From a virus (lineage: Duplodnaviria > Caudoviricetes), in IMG/VR virus record IMGVR_UViG_3300049167_000074, positions 1-40,724 of that record: a DNA stretch of 40,724 nt; one strand, given 5' to 3'. A model generated the notes under the pieces. It saw only the letters and a program-made list of their open reading frames with translations. It had not been told where the DNA came from and did not search any database. A program made the position numbers and the translations under genes. Shown here in pieces: positions 7,538 through 16,416 of this stretch (position 1 is its first letter; every line of letters starts with the position of its first letter).

Positions 7538-7566
7538 GCAGCGCATAAGGGAACGTTATGCGCTAC
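7538..7566. other. dif/loxP-like recombination site candidate B (11-7-11)
   Basis: GCAGCGCATAA-GGGAACG-TTATGCGCTAC with perfect 9-bp inner arms; same ATAAGGGAA..TTAT core as site A. Confidence 0.55.
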
Positions 7567-7649
7567 CGCTCTCCCCTGAGGCCCTGCTGACAGATGACCC
7601 CAGCTTCGGCAGACTCGCGGCGCCGGACCGCGACGAAGGGGCAGACGCG

Positions 7650-7829
7650 ATGGAGCGACGGTACGACCAACTACAGGCTCGGGCACTCAACAACCTGGAC
7701 GACACCTACGCCGGCGATGCCGGTTCCGAAGACCAGGTGGCCATGCTCGCGAGGGCTCAGGTGCATGCACTGCTCACGGTGGGTGCGGCAATCAAGGATC
7801 TGGCGGCGGCGATCCGCGAGAACCGCTAG
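7650..7829 (+). CDS. small helical hypothetical protein (59 aa, absent from ORF track)
   Basis: GAAGGGG RBS, ATG 7650, MERRYDQLQARALNNLDD...ARAQVHALLTVGAAIKDLAAAIRENR, TAG 7827-7829, then a hairpin. Confidence 0.6.
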   Translation: MERRYDQLQARALNNLDDTYAGDAGSEDQVAMLARAQVHALLTVGAAIKDLAAAIRENR

Positions 7830-7837
7830 ACGTCAGC

Positions 7838-7875
7838 CGCCCCCGCTCCTCTGCTGCGACAGAGGAGCGGGGGCG
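7838..7875. terminator. bidirectional terminator-like hairpin
   Basis: CGCCCCCGCTCCTCTG-N6-CAGAGGAGCGGGGGCG between convergent genes. Confidence 0.7.
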
Positions 7876-7889
7876 TAGTCATCCAGGGA

Positions 7890-8150
7890 TCAGACCCTGC
7901 GGAACAGGCAGACCAGGGAGACCCTCTCTCCCGTAAGCGCCTTCCCCTCGGCCGCGGCCATCTGGTCGAGGCGCCAGCCCTCGGCTTCAACGGCCTGGAT
8001 CTGTTCGGCCATGCCTGTCATGGGTGCCGTGGCCTTGCTGTTGGTGATGGCCTCGATGAACTTGTAGATCAGCACAGCGTTACCCGCTTCGCGGGCCTCA
8101 CGCGCCCGTTTGCCCGCCTCGCTACCCTTGGCCTGGTTCATGAATCCCAT
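7890..8150 (-). CDS. small hypothetical protein (86 aa; DUF4177-like GW motif)
   Basis: AGGGGGG RBS; EQIQAVEAEGWRL...VCLFRR. Confidence 0.65.
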   Translation of the reverse strand: MGFMNQAKGSEAGKRAREAREAGNAVLIYKFIEAITNSKATAPMTGMAEQIQAVEAEGWRLDQMAAAEGKALTGERVSLVCLFRRV

Positions 8151-8322
8151 GGCACCCCCCTGTGGCGACGTTGAAGGGGCTCAGTCCGGCGGCTATCCGC
8201 GCGACCGGGGAGGGTTTCGGCGGATCCCTCCGAGAGGTCGCTTCGTCACAGACCGGTAACCCACCCTCACAGTTCCCTCACATCTGCTCTACCGTGTTCC
8301 AACGTTCAACCTTGGGGGGACC

Positions 8323-8961
8323 ATGTCGTTCAATCAGCCGCCGCCTGTCCAGCCGCCGTTTCCGGGGCAGCCGCCGATGTCTCCGCAGCCGCCGTCGACA
8401 GGTCCGAAGTGGGCGCGGAAGCGGATCCTGATCCCGGCCGCCGTTCTCACTCTGTTTGTGGGTGTCGGTATCGGCGCGGCCGGTGGCGGCGAGACGGAGA
8501 AGACGAGCGCGGACGCGAAGCCCCAGCCGACGGTCACCGTCACGGAGACCGCCGCCGCGGCGAAGCCGGCAAGGGACGAGTCGAAGCCGGCGCCCACGGT
8601 GACCGTAACGAAGACGGTGAAGCCGAAGGCCGACGACAAGCCTGCCGATCCGCCCGCCGAGGACGCGGAAGCCTCGTCGGGTGAGGTCGTCTTCAAGGTG
8701 TGGGGGTCGGCGCCGTCCGGCGTCGACATCAACTACGGCTCCGACACCGACAGCCGTTCCGGCAAGGGTCTGCCGTTCGAGAAGACGCTGAAGCTCGACG
8801 ACGAAGCCCTCTACTACACCGTCAACGCCCAGTTGATGGGCGGCGGGGACGTCAACTGCTCCGTCACGGTCAACGGTGAGACGAAGAAGGGGCACGCGTC
8901 CGGGGACTACAACATCTGCATGGCTCAGGTGAACGGTGGTCTCCTCGGCGGCTGGAGCTGA
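8323..8961 (+). CDS. membrane-anchored protein with Pro/Thr linker and MmpS-like Ig domain
   Basis: Pro-rich N-terminus, one TM helix, PTVTVT repeats, LPFEKTL...NAQ...NCSVTVNG...C. Confidence 0.75.
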   Translation: MSFNQPPPVQPPFPGQPPMSPQPPSTGPKWARKRILIPAAVLTLFVGVGIGAAGGGETEKTSADAKPQPTVTVTETAAAAKPARDESKPAPTVTVTKTVKPKADDKPADPPAEDAEASSGEVVFKVWGSAPSGVDINYGSDTDSRSGKGLPFEKTLKLDDEALYYTVNAQLMGGGDVNCSVTVNGETKKGHASGDYNICMAQVNGGLLGGWS

Positions 8962-8966
8962 TCGGC

Positions 8967-9629
8967 ATGCGCGCACGAATCACCGCGGCTACGGCCGTCC
9001 TGCTCCTGGCGTCCCTTACCGCGTGCGGAGGCGGGGACGGCGACAAGCCGGCGGAGAAGCCCGGCACCACTGCGCCTGGGGAGCCGACGTCGAGCGGCGA
9101 TCCGACGGGAGGCAGCGAGTCTCCTGGTGGTGGGTCCACGGGCGGCTCGGAAGGCGGGGAGGGCCTGGCGCTGGGCGAGGCCGCCCAGACGACGGGCGAC
9201 GGCGGGACGGGCGTTCTGGAGATCACCCCTGACACGGTCGTCTTCTCCTTGACGGGATCCGGGGAGACCGCGGAGAACGGCGTGTTCGCGGTGGTCACGA
9301 TGAAGGACAAGGCGATGACCGCGGTTGCTGCCGACGAGCCTGCGCCGATCAGTGGCGGCGGCTGGACGTGGATGACCCCGGACGGCGAGATGATCGGCTG
9401 GGACAGCGGCAACTCCTCCAACGTGACGCTGGACAAGTACAGCGGTGCCGACCCGGTGCAGCCGGGTGGCTACCAGTGGCGGTCCCAAGTCTTCGACCTG
9501 ACGCCAGCGCAGGCGAAGGGCGGCACGCTGATCTACATCGACGGCGAGAACAAGGCCCACCGTTGGAAGATGCCGGCCACAGACTCCGGCCCGCATGTCG
9601 CCGAGGTGAAGAAGCAGCTCGCGCCCTGA
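8967..9629 (+). CDS. lipoprotein
   Basis: Signal peptide with lipobox LTAC, Gly/Ser linker, beta-rich C-domain. Confidence 0.8.
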   Translation: MRARITAATAVLLLASLTACGGGDGDKPAEKPGTTAPGEPTSSGDPTGGSESPGGGSTGGSEGGEGLALGEAAQTTGDGGTGVLEITPDTVVFSLTGSGETAENGVFAVVTMKDKAMTAVAADEPAPISGGGWTWMTPDGEMIGWDSGNSSNVTLDKYSGADPVQPGGYQWRSQVFDLTPAQAKGGTLIYIDGENKAHRWKMPATDSGPHVAEVKKQLAP

Positions 9630-9640
9630 GAACGAACGAG

Positions 9641-9677
9641 ACGCCCCCGCCGACTGCCGAGGCAGTGGCGGGGGCGT
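9641..9677. terminator. bidirectional terminator-like hairpin at the end of the late operon
   Basis: ACGCCCCCGCC...GGCGGGGGCGT between convergent genes. Confidence 0.7.
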
Positions 9678-9679
9678 TG

Positions 9680-9856
9680 TCACGCGGGCTCGTCGGGTAC
9701 GTACCCGTCGGGCAGGACGGGGTAGGCCGGTTCCTGGAACGGCTGAGTGGCGGGCTCGGGGATGGGCTGCGGGTCGATGCGGCCCATCTGTTCGAGCGAC
9801 CGGGCGTCAGCGGCGCCCGGGTCCTGCCGCGGCTGGAGAGGGATCGGCTCGGGCAT
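9680..9856 (-). CDS. Pro-rich small protein (58 aa, absent from ORF track)
   Basis: GGAG RBS, ATG 2 nt after the upstream stop, MPEPIPLQPRQD...YVPDEPA. Confidence 0.55.
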   Translation of the reverse strand: MPEPIPLQPRQDPGAADARSLEQMGRIDPQPIPEPATQPFQEPAYPVLPDGYVPDEPA

Positions 9857-9858
9857 GC

Positions 9859-10218
9859 TCAGACTCCAGTTCGGTTGTACTCGTCGACCCGGGCGGGCGG
9901 CGCCGGGGGTTCGATGCCGTTGCGGCGCATCTGCGTCGTCAGGTCCAGGACGTAACCGGCGAAGCTCCGCACCAGGGACCGCATCGACCGGGTCTCGGTG
10001 CGGAGTTCCTCGATCTCTTCCTGCATGTCGCTGCGGATTGCCTGGAAGGCGGCGAGGTCAGCAGCCCGCTGGTTCGGTTCGGCCGCCGCCTGGGCCGCCG
10101 CGGTGTTCGCCCTAGCTGTTGCCTGTGCGGCCCTGGTCGTCGCCCGCGCGGTGAACGATACGCCCACGAGTGTGAGTACCGAGCCGAGCACTGTGACGAC
10201 GATGGCTGCTGCGTTCAT
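9859..10218 (-). CDS. lysis-cassette membrane protein (N-terminal TM plus coiled coil)
   Basis: MNAAAIVVTVLGSVLTLVGVSF TM; ATGA overlap with the upstream gene. Confidence 0.7.
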   Translation of the reverse strand: MNAAAIVVTVLGSVLTLVGVSFTARATTRAAQATARANTAAAQAAAEPNQRAADLAAFQAIRSDMQEEIEELRTETRSMRSLVRSFAGYVLDLTTQMRRNGIEPPAPPARVDEYNRTGV

Positions 10219-10658
10219 GCGGCCTTGCCTCTCCGGGCAGGCCTCGGTGCGCGGGGGACCGAGTACTCGGGGACCGTGGCCGCCCACAGGATGACCCCCA
10301 CGTGGGAGGTGAGATACCAGAGTGCGACGTAGGCGCCGCGGGAGTAGTAGCCGCTGACGACAGCAGCCGTGTAGGCGGATGCCCACACCGTGGGGGGAAC
10401 CAGGGCGACCGCGAAGCCGATCTTGTCGCGGCCGATGCGGAGGAACGCGGAGCCGACGGTGACGAGTCCAGCAACGATCCAAAGCCAGGACCAGTGGCGG
10501 AGGCTGCACACGTCGGTGAGCAGTTTCAGCCCGTGGTCGGCTGGCGGGTCGAAGAGAAAGGACAGGCCCCAGCAGGTTTTGCCGGTCCCGAGGATGAGGA
10601 GGAAGCAGCCGCGGCGGCCCAACGCCTTGTACAGCCGCCGGGCCGCACGGCACGGCAT
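10215..10658 (-). CDS. lysis-cassette multi-pass membrane protein
   Basis: About four hydrophobic helices; coupled to the holin gene. Confidence 0.7.
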   Translation of the reverse strand: MPCRAARRLYKALGRRGCFLLILGTGKTCWGLSFLFDPPADHGLKLLTDVCSLRHWSWLWIVAGLVTVGSAFLRIGRDKIGFAVALVPPTVWASAYTAAVVSGYYSRGAYVALWYLTSHVGVILWAATVPEYSVPRAPRPARRGKAA

Positions 10659-11014
10659 CAGACCGCCGTCGGGCCGGCGGGAGCCGACGGGCTCGACGGT
10701 GTGACCTGCACCCGGGTCAGGAGAGTGAGCACGGCCAGGGCCAGCGTGTTGATGGCGCCGACGGTTCCCTGAGAGACCTCGTAGCCGAACGCGGCGACGA
10801 GCACGGCGCCCGCGGCGACGACGGCGGTGAATGCCTGAGGAGCGATGGGTCGCGTCATGGCGGCAGCGATGGCACCGAGGATCGCGGACACAGTGGCGAC
10901 GATGGCGCCTGCCTGCTCTGCGGACAGACCAGTGATGCCGAGCGACACGATGAGGCCGAGGGCGGCGGACAGGGTGTTCAGGACGACGACAGGCTCTCTG
11001 CCGAAGATCTTCAT
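10658..11014 (-). CDS. holin
   Basis: MKIFGREPV start, multiple TM helices, RVQVTP ending; directly after the endolysin. Confidence 0.75.
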   Translation of the reverse strand: MKIFGREPVVVLNTLSAALGLIVSLGITGLSAEQAGAIVATVSAILGAIAAAMTRPIAPQAFTAVVAAGAVLVAAFGYEVSQGTVGAINTLALAVLTLLTRVQVTPSSPSAPAGPTAV

Positions 11015-11016
11015 GG

Positions 11017-11757
11017 CTACTTCTCCTTGCTGAGGGCGTCGACCTTGGCGCGGAGCGAGTCGACCTCGCTACGCAGGGCGTCGAGGGTGTTGAGGATGGT
11101 CTGGGCGTAGCTCGACAGCGACCAGTTGGGGTTCTTGGTCTTGTCGGGTGCGGCCTTGGGGGCCGGGATGTTGTCTCGGTACAGGACGGCGTCGCCGATC
11201 TCGGCCTTGCTGTAGCCGGCCATGGGGTCCTCCTCGGTTGCTGGCGTCTTGGTGGTGGGCCTGGGTGCGCCCTTCTGGACCCAGGCGTAGAGGGGTCCGC
11301 CGGGGCAGGCGGTGGCGTAGCCGTCGCGGTGGCCCTTGATCTCGGATCCGGCGCCGTTCTTGCGGAGCAGGTCGATGCCGTCGCGGATCGCGGACAGCAT
11401 GGCGTCGGTCGGCTGGGTCAGCCCGGAGGAGCCGACGAGGCCGACGATGGCGTAGTGGCCCTGGTTGAGGGCCTGGTTGCCGTTGGCGCCGGTGCGCTTG
11501 CGGAGGCCGCGGCCTTCGAGGAGGTAGCCGTGCGGGCAGGCCGCGTAGTTGTAGGCGACGTCGCTGTAGTTCTCGGCCTTGTTGGCGAGGTGGCTGGCGC
11601 GGATGGCCTTCCACTCGGCGATGCACGCGTTGTGGTCGGTGAGCAGTCTGGTGCTGACCGGGGCGCCTTCGTAGTGGACCTTGACGCCCTTGGCGCTGGT
11701 TTGGCTGGGTGCTGCGGAGGCGGGCCAGCCGAGCTGCGCTCTCGTGACGAGCTTCAC
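11017..11757 (-). CDS. endolysin, N-acetylmuramoyl-L-alanine amidase (Amidase_2/PGRP type)
   Basis: VKVHYEG, YSDVAYNY...LEGRG, GHRD...TACPG motifs; GTG start at 11757 after an AAAGGGGG RBS. Confidence 0.88.
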   Translation of the reverse strand: MKLVTRAQLGWPASAAPSQTSAKGVKVHYEGAPVSTRLLTDHNACIAEWKAIRASHLANKAENYSDVAYNYAACPHGYLLEGRGLRKRTGANGNQALNQGHYAIVGLVGSSGLTQPTDAMLSAIRDGIDLLRKNGAGSEIKGHRDGYATACPGGPLYAWVQKGAPRPTTKTPATEEDPMAGYSKAEIGDAVLYRDNIPAPKAAPDKTKNPNWSLSSYAQTILNTLDALRSEVDSLRAKVDALSKEK

Positions 11758-11825
11758 CAGTTCCCCCCTTTCATGCGAAAGGCCCCGGCCGTTGGGCTCG
11801 GGGCGTGCTGGGTGGTACGGAAGAG

Positions 11826-12446
11826 TCAGAGGCTGGCGAAGCAGCCATTGAAGCCGATCCACGGCGGCTTTGCGGTGGGGCTGATGCCGTAGAGGGTGAG
11901 CTGGCCGCCTGTGGTGATGTCCAACTTGAGGGTGATGCGGTCGCTGGACACGTCGGAGCAGGGCACGACGATCGTGCGGAGGGTCGACGGTCGGGCGCTG
12001 GCAGGCAATGTGCTTGAGTTGATGGTGAAGCTGCCGGGGATGGTGCCCGGGTAGGAGGTGCGGCCGATCCCGCCCCGGAACATGATCGTGTCCTCGCCTG
12101 CGAAGTTGACGATCCGGTACTGGAAGGTGCCTTGGCTGTTCCCGTTCTGGGACCAGCCGGATGCGAGACCGATGGTGGTCCAGGCCCTGTTGCCAACAGA
12201 CACGACCACCCAGCTGCCGTCGACGCGCACCTCTAGGCGGTCCACGTCTGCCAGCCAGGTGAGCATGCCGTCGACCGGTGCCCGGTCGTCGACCAGGGTC
12301 GCGCCCCGTGTGGAGGCCGAGGAGAAGCGGAGCACGCCTCGTGGGATGACACCGTCCGCGATCGCCTTGATCGCGGCGGGGATGTCGGGGGCGTCGGTCA
12401 TCTGCCAGAGCTGAATGCTCTGACCCCACTTGTCTGGTGTGGGCAC
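11826..12446 (-). CDS. minor tail / receptor-binding fibre protein
   Basis: Position at the end of the tail module; LASGW...QYR...LPASARP fibre-tip pattern. Confidence 0.65.
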   Translation of the reverse strand: MPTPDKWGQSIQLWQMTDAPDIPAAIKAIADGVIPRGVLRFSSASTRGATLVDDRAPVDGMLTWLADVDRLEVRVDGSWVVVSVGNRAWTTIGLASGWSQNGNSQGTFQYRIVNFAGEDTIMFRGGIGRTSYPGTIPGSFTINSSTLPASARPSTLRTIVVPCSDVSSDRITLKLDITTGGQLTLYGISPTAKPPWIGFNGCFASL

Positions 12447-12458
12447 GTGGCCCCCTTC

Positions 12459-13076
12459 CTAGATGAGCCGGTAGTGGCTGGCCACGTCGAACTCGGCCCA
12501 CTTCTGGCCGGTCGTGCTGAGCGTTCCGCTGAAGTCGCCGAGGGTGACCCGGCCGTCGGGGTAGAGGGTCATGACGCCGTAGAAGCCGAGCACCACCTGC
12601 ACCGGGAACCGGACCTGCGAGGCGGGCCGGGCCGCAGCGGGCAGCGTCGCCACGACCGTCCCGGACGGCAGACTCCCCGACATGGCGGCCAGCCCCGATA
12701 GGGAGGCGGTGCCGTCGTCCCAGATGTGGTAGGCGGGCGTGTAGTAGCCGGCCAGCACAGCCCAGCCCGACGACAGCGGCAGCGTCTCCCACTTCCGGGT
12801 CGTCGCGGCGAGGCGGCCGTGGGCGATCCAGTTGCCGTTGGAGGACTGGCTGATGACGATCAGATCGTCGGCGGTCGGGGAGCGGTAGGTGTCGAGGCAG
12901 CGGACGCTCGGAATGCCCTGCGCAGTAACGGTGCCGTCGGTGCCGACGACGGTGACGACGGCGGTGCGCCAGTCCGCGCCACGCACCGACGGTGCGCTTT
13001 CCCCTGCCCTGGTGGCCTGCTGTTTGAGCGCGTAGGCGAGGTCGCGGTGGACGGCTGGGGCGGGTCGGTCGGGCAT
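12459..13076 (-). CDS. minor tail protein (OB-like N-domain plus fibre-tip domain)
   Basis: TAVVTVVGTDGTVT...YRSPTADD; LSSGW...ATLPAAARP. Confidence 0.65.
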   Translation of the reverse strand: MPDRPAPAVHRDLAYALKQQATRAGESAPSVRGADWRTAVVTVVGTDGTVTAQGIPSVRCLDTYRSPTADDLIVISQSSNGNWIAHGRLAATTRKWETLPLSSGWAVLAGYYTPAYHIWDDGTASLSGLAAMSGSLPSGTVVATLPAAARPASQVRFPVQVVLGFYGVMTLYPDGRVTLGDFSGTLSTTGQKWAEFDVASHYRLI

Positions 13077-14170
13077 CAGGCGTCCTCCTTCGCCGCGATC
13101 GTGGAGATCGGCAAGTCACCCTCCTGGGACAGCGGCACCGTGAACGCAGCCACCTGGTGCAGCTCCCTGGTGCCGTCTTCGTGGGTGACGCGGATGACGT
13201 CCCCCGGTTCGAGCGCCGGGTTCGGCAACGCCGAGATGTCGCCGGATGCGTTCGGGGTCTTGGCCTGCCGCAGCTTCAACGTCGCGGCCTGCTGGCAGGC
13301 GGCGAGCGTCGTCAACGTGCTCGACGAGTAGAAGTCTGGGCGTCTGCCATACGGCCCGCCCCAGTAGGTGGGGCTGCCGGGGTCGTCGTCGACGGCCAGC
13401 CACGACACCGGGGGGATGTTGTCGCTGGTGTTTTCGCCGGACGCCAGGATCCCGTTGTGGACCTTGTCCGAGGTCATGGCCCTGTTGCCTTTGATGTAGA
13501 CGCCGCCCTCTGTGGCTTCCACCGCCCACACCGGTTCCTCTTCGAGCAGGTCCGGCAGGGTGGCGATGACGAACACCCCGTCGGCGTTCGCGTACACCTC
13601 GGCCCCGGCCGCGGCGGCGATCTCCTGCGCTCCGGCCCACGGATCGGCCTGGACGTCGAAGGTGCGGCGGCCGATGGGGACGTCGTCGACAAGGCTGATG
13701 ACGTCGGCGTCGGGGAGACTACGCTGGATGAGAGCGGTGACGGCGCCGACAACGGTGCCGGTCGCCGAGTACGGCTCGGTCAGCTTGTCGTCGGCGACGC
13801 ACACGGACAGATCCTTGCCCTGCAAGCTGACGGGGCCCTCGTTGATGTCGCCGTCGACCGAGTCCAGGCGGAACACGCCCAACGGCACCAGGTCGGGCTG
13901 GTCGGGGTTGCCGTAGTCGACGCCGCGGGAGATGCGGAGCCGGGCCCCGTAGGTGGCGAGCTGGTCCGTCGGGGTGCGGGGGATGACGGACGGGTTGGCG
14001 ACGGTGACGGTGCAGGTGCGGCGAATGGCCTGCCCGCGGTCGACCGTCACCGAGCCGCCCGTGTGCTCCAGGTCGACGACCTCCCCCGTCGTCAGGAACA
14101 GCTGCACCCGTGTGGCTACTCGATGGGATTCGGCGAGCCGTGCGAGAAACCGCTCTGACACGGGGTACAT
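13076..14170 (-). CDS. minor tail / baseplate hub protein (DUF5047-like)
   Basis: GGSVTVDRGQAIRRTC, VPLGVFRL, SPTYWGGPYGR and NPALEPGDVI motifs; tail position. Confidence 0.75.
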   Translation of the reverse strand: MYPVSERFLARLAESHRVATRVQLFLTTGEVVDLEHTGGSVTVDRGQAIRRTCTVTVANPSVIPRTPTDQLATYGARLRISRGVDYGNPDQPDLVPLGVFRLDSVDGDINEGPVSLQGKDLSVCVADDKLTEPYSATGTVVGAVTALIQRSLPDADVISLVDDVPIGRRTFDVQADPWAGAQEIAAAAGAEVYANADGVFVIATLPDLLEEEPVWAVEATEGGVYIKGNRAMTSDKVHNGILASGENTSDNIPPVSWLAVDDDPGSPTYWGGPYGRRPDFYSSSTLTTLAACQQAATLKLRQAKTPNASGDISALPNPALEPGDVIRVTHEDGTRELHQVAAFTVPLSQEGDLPISTIAAKEDA

Positions 14171-14174
14171 GGCG

Positions 14175-16406
14175 TCACCCCATTCGGCGGTCGAGCAGCA
14201 GATCCTCGCTGGTCGCGTACACGGTCAGCAGGTCGGCGCAGGTCGCGAACTCGCTGACGACGTCCTGCCAGGTGCGGCCCGCGGCGCCGTTGACGCCGGT
14301 AGTGACGGGCATGTCCTGCTCGGTGAGCGGCAGGGACCAGGTCCGCCACTGCTCCTGGGCGAGCTTGCCGACGCGGCCCTCGGAGACGTTGGCGACCGCC
14401 ACGTACATGTCGTCGACGCCCATGCCTGGCGCGGCTTGCCACAGCAGCGTGTTCCCGGAGTCCAGCAGCAGGTGGAGGGCTTCGCGTTCAGCGTCCGACC
14501 GGGTCCAGATCGCGAGGTCGCCCTCCAGTCCCTGCCGTCGCCCGCTGAGGATGACCTTGTTGCGGCGGCCTCGGATCACGTGCGCGGCCTGCTCGATCGG
14601 ACGCTCCCACTCCGGAGCCTTCTCCACCAGCACCAAGCAGTTCCGCTGCGGGTTCCCTGGATCCTTGAGCCAGCTGGTGTTGATGTCGGCGACGGAGAGC
14701 GTCACCGATTCCGACGACCGGGTGGACGAGATCACGCCGGGGCTGCTGTACAGCTCGATGCGGTACCAGACCTCGACGCCCAACGGCGCCTCGTGATCCT
14801 CCAGCACCATGGCGTCACTCGTGACCGGCTGCATGTCGATCAGTCCGTCCGCGCCACGGACCAGAGCCCGCATGCCGTCCGGGGTGACCCGGTAGACGCT
14901 CATCAGGTAGTCGACCGGCAGCTCCCGCAGCGTCAGCCGGATGTAGCCGTCACTGGGCGCCGTCTCCACGGCGACCAGCGGAAGCACCTGCCACAGGGCG
15001 ACACCGTCCACCCACAGCACCGACGCGGACGATGTCGCGATACCCACAATCTCGACCGCAGCCTGGACGGCGCCCGCCGGGGCGACCGCATCCGACACCA
15101 GCTGATACCAGGAGCCTGGCGGCACCGCGTAGGCCAAGCCGGTGCTGATGCCGAGGTCGCCGCCGACGCTGTCGTACCAGTGGGTGCGTACCCGTACCGA
15201 CGTCCACGATCCGGCCCCGTGCCGGACGATGATCTGAACCCTCCAGTTCACGCCCTCCGTCACCGGGGCAAGCGGCGACCTCAGAGTCGATGTCGCCGCC
15301 GTCGCCGACGTGACGGCCAAGCTGTAGCTGCCTGTGTAGGCGGCGGCGCCCCACGGCGTCGTGCGGGCCAGAGTCGCCGGACCCGATGACACCGTCCATC
15401 CGCCAGTGCCCTGCTCGAAGCTGCTGCTGGCATACGGGATGACTGAGCCGGTGACCGATGGGCTGAAGGCTTGGACGACGACCGTTTCCAGGCGCAGCAC
15501 CTGGCCAGCCGCGGCCCCGTCCAGGCCCGCTGCGATCCCGCAGGTTGCTGCCGCAGCCGGGGCGACTGCGGACACGTACTGCCTGTACATGCCCGTTCCG
15601 GGCGGGGCCAGCGTCGCCCGTGTGGTCTGGATCTGGTTGCCGTTGGCGTCATAAAACCGCAGCTCGATCCACGCCACCGACGACAGGGTCGGTGGCTGCA
15701 GGTAGGCGTGGGCGAGGTATTCGACACCGGGCGTGACAGCAGGCCGGTCCACGGTGGCTGCCGCCGCGGTGCCTGCCGCGGCGGCCGTGATGGCGAGAGT
15801 GTGACCGCCTGCCCAGTACCAGGTGGCGGACCAGGACACGACGGGCACCTGTCGGGAGATCGTGGCGTTGACCTCGGGTGTCCAGCCGGACGCGTCGATC
15901 TCCGTGCTCTCGGTGCCGAACCCGAACAGGTTGCCTGTCGTGCGGATCGGCAGGCCGAGATAGACGTTCTCGAAGTAGCTGACCACGTTCGGCGCGGCCG
16001 GTGTCATCATCGACAGCAGCACCTGCGCCTTGTAGGCGCCGACCGGGGCCGTGGCGGCGACGCTGATGCGGTGCCACGCTGCGGCGGCGGTCATGGTGAC
16101 CAGCGACCAGGTGAGGCTGATCTCCAGACCGAGCGCGTTCAGCCAGCGGATGCCGATGCGTTCGGGGACTGTGGCACCAGACGCATCGGCGAACGCCTGG
16201 TAGGTGACGCCAGGGGTGACCGTGTAGGAGGACACGGTGCGGACTTGCGCCTCTCCCGCGGCCTTGCTCTTGACGAGGAGGCAGCCGTCGCCGTTCCGGC
16301 CGCCCCCGCCCTTGCTGATCGTGCAGTTGAGTTTGGGCGCCCACCCCGAGGTGTTGGGGTCGATGGATTCGGTGGTCGGACTGAGGAGGTTCCCGGGGAT
16401 CGCCAC
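14175..16406 (-). CDS. minor tail protein, probable distal tail protein with about three carbohydrate-binding-like modules
   Basis: Three related NL/FE...SGW...VTPG/EG...APAGA modules; follows the tape measure gene. Confidence 0.7.
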   Translation of the reverse strand: MAIPGNLLSPTTESIDPNTSGWAPKLNCTISKGGGGRNGDGCLLVKSKAAGEAQVRTVSSYTVTPGVTYQAFADASGATVPERIGIRWLNALGLEISLTWSLVTMTAAAAWHRISVAATAPVGAYKAQVLLSMMTPAAPNVVSYFENVYLGLPIRTTGNLFGFGTESTEIDASGWTPEVNATISRQVPVVSWSATWYWAGGHTLAITAAAAGTAAAATVDRPAVTPGVEYLAHAYLQPPTLSSVAWIELRFYDANGNQIQTTRATLAPPGTGMYRQYVSAVAPAAAATCGIAAGLDGAAAGQVLRLETVVVQAFSPSVTGSVIPYASSSFEQGTGGWTVSSGPATLARTTPWGAAAYTGSYSLAVTSATAATSTLRSPLAPVTEGVNWRVQIIVRHGAGSWTSVRVRTHWYDSVGGDLGISTGLAYAVPPGSWYQLVSDAVAPAGAVQAAVEIVGIATSSASVLWVDGVALWQVLPLVAVETAPSDGYIRLTLRELPVDYLMSVYRVTPDGMRALVRGADGLIDMQPVTSDAMVLEDHEAPLGVEVWYRIELYSSPGVISSTRSSESVTLSVADINTSWLKDPGNPQRNCLVLVEKAPEWERPIEQAAHVIRGRRNKVILSGRRQGLEGDLAIWTRSDAEREALHLLLDSGNTLLWQAAPGMGVDDMYVAVANVSEGRVGKLAQEQWRTWSLPLTEQDMPVTTGVNGAAGRTWQDVVSEFATCADLLTVYATSEDLLLDRRMG

Positions 16407-16416
16407 AGTTGCCTCC

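Noticed and set aside
11017-13119. 700-aa endolysin as given in the ORF track
   Set aside because: The N-terminal 450 aa are an Arg/Pro-rich off-frame read of the two tail genes; a good RBS and GTG at 11757 give a normal amidase
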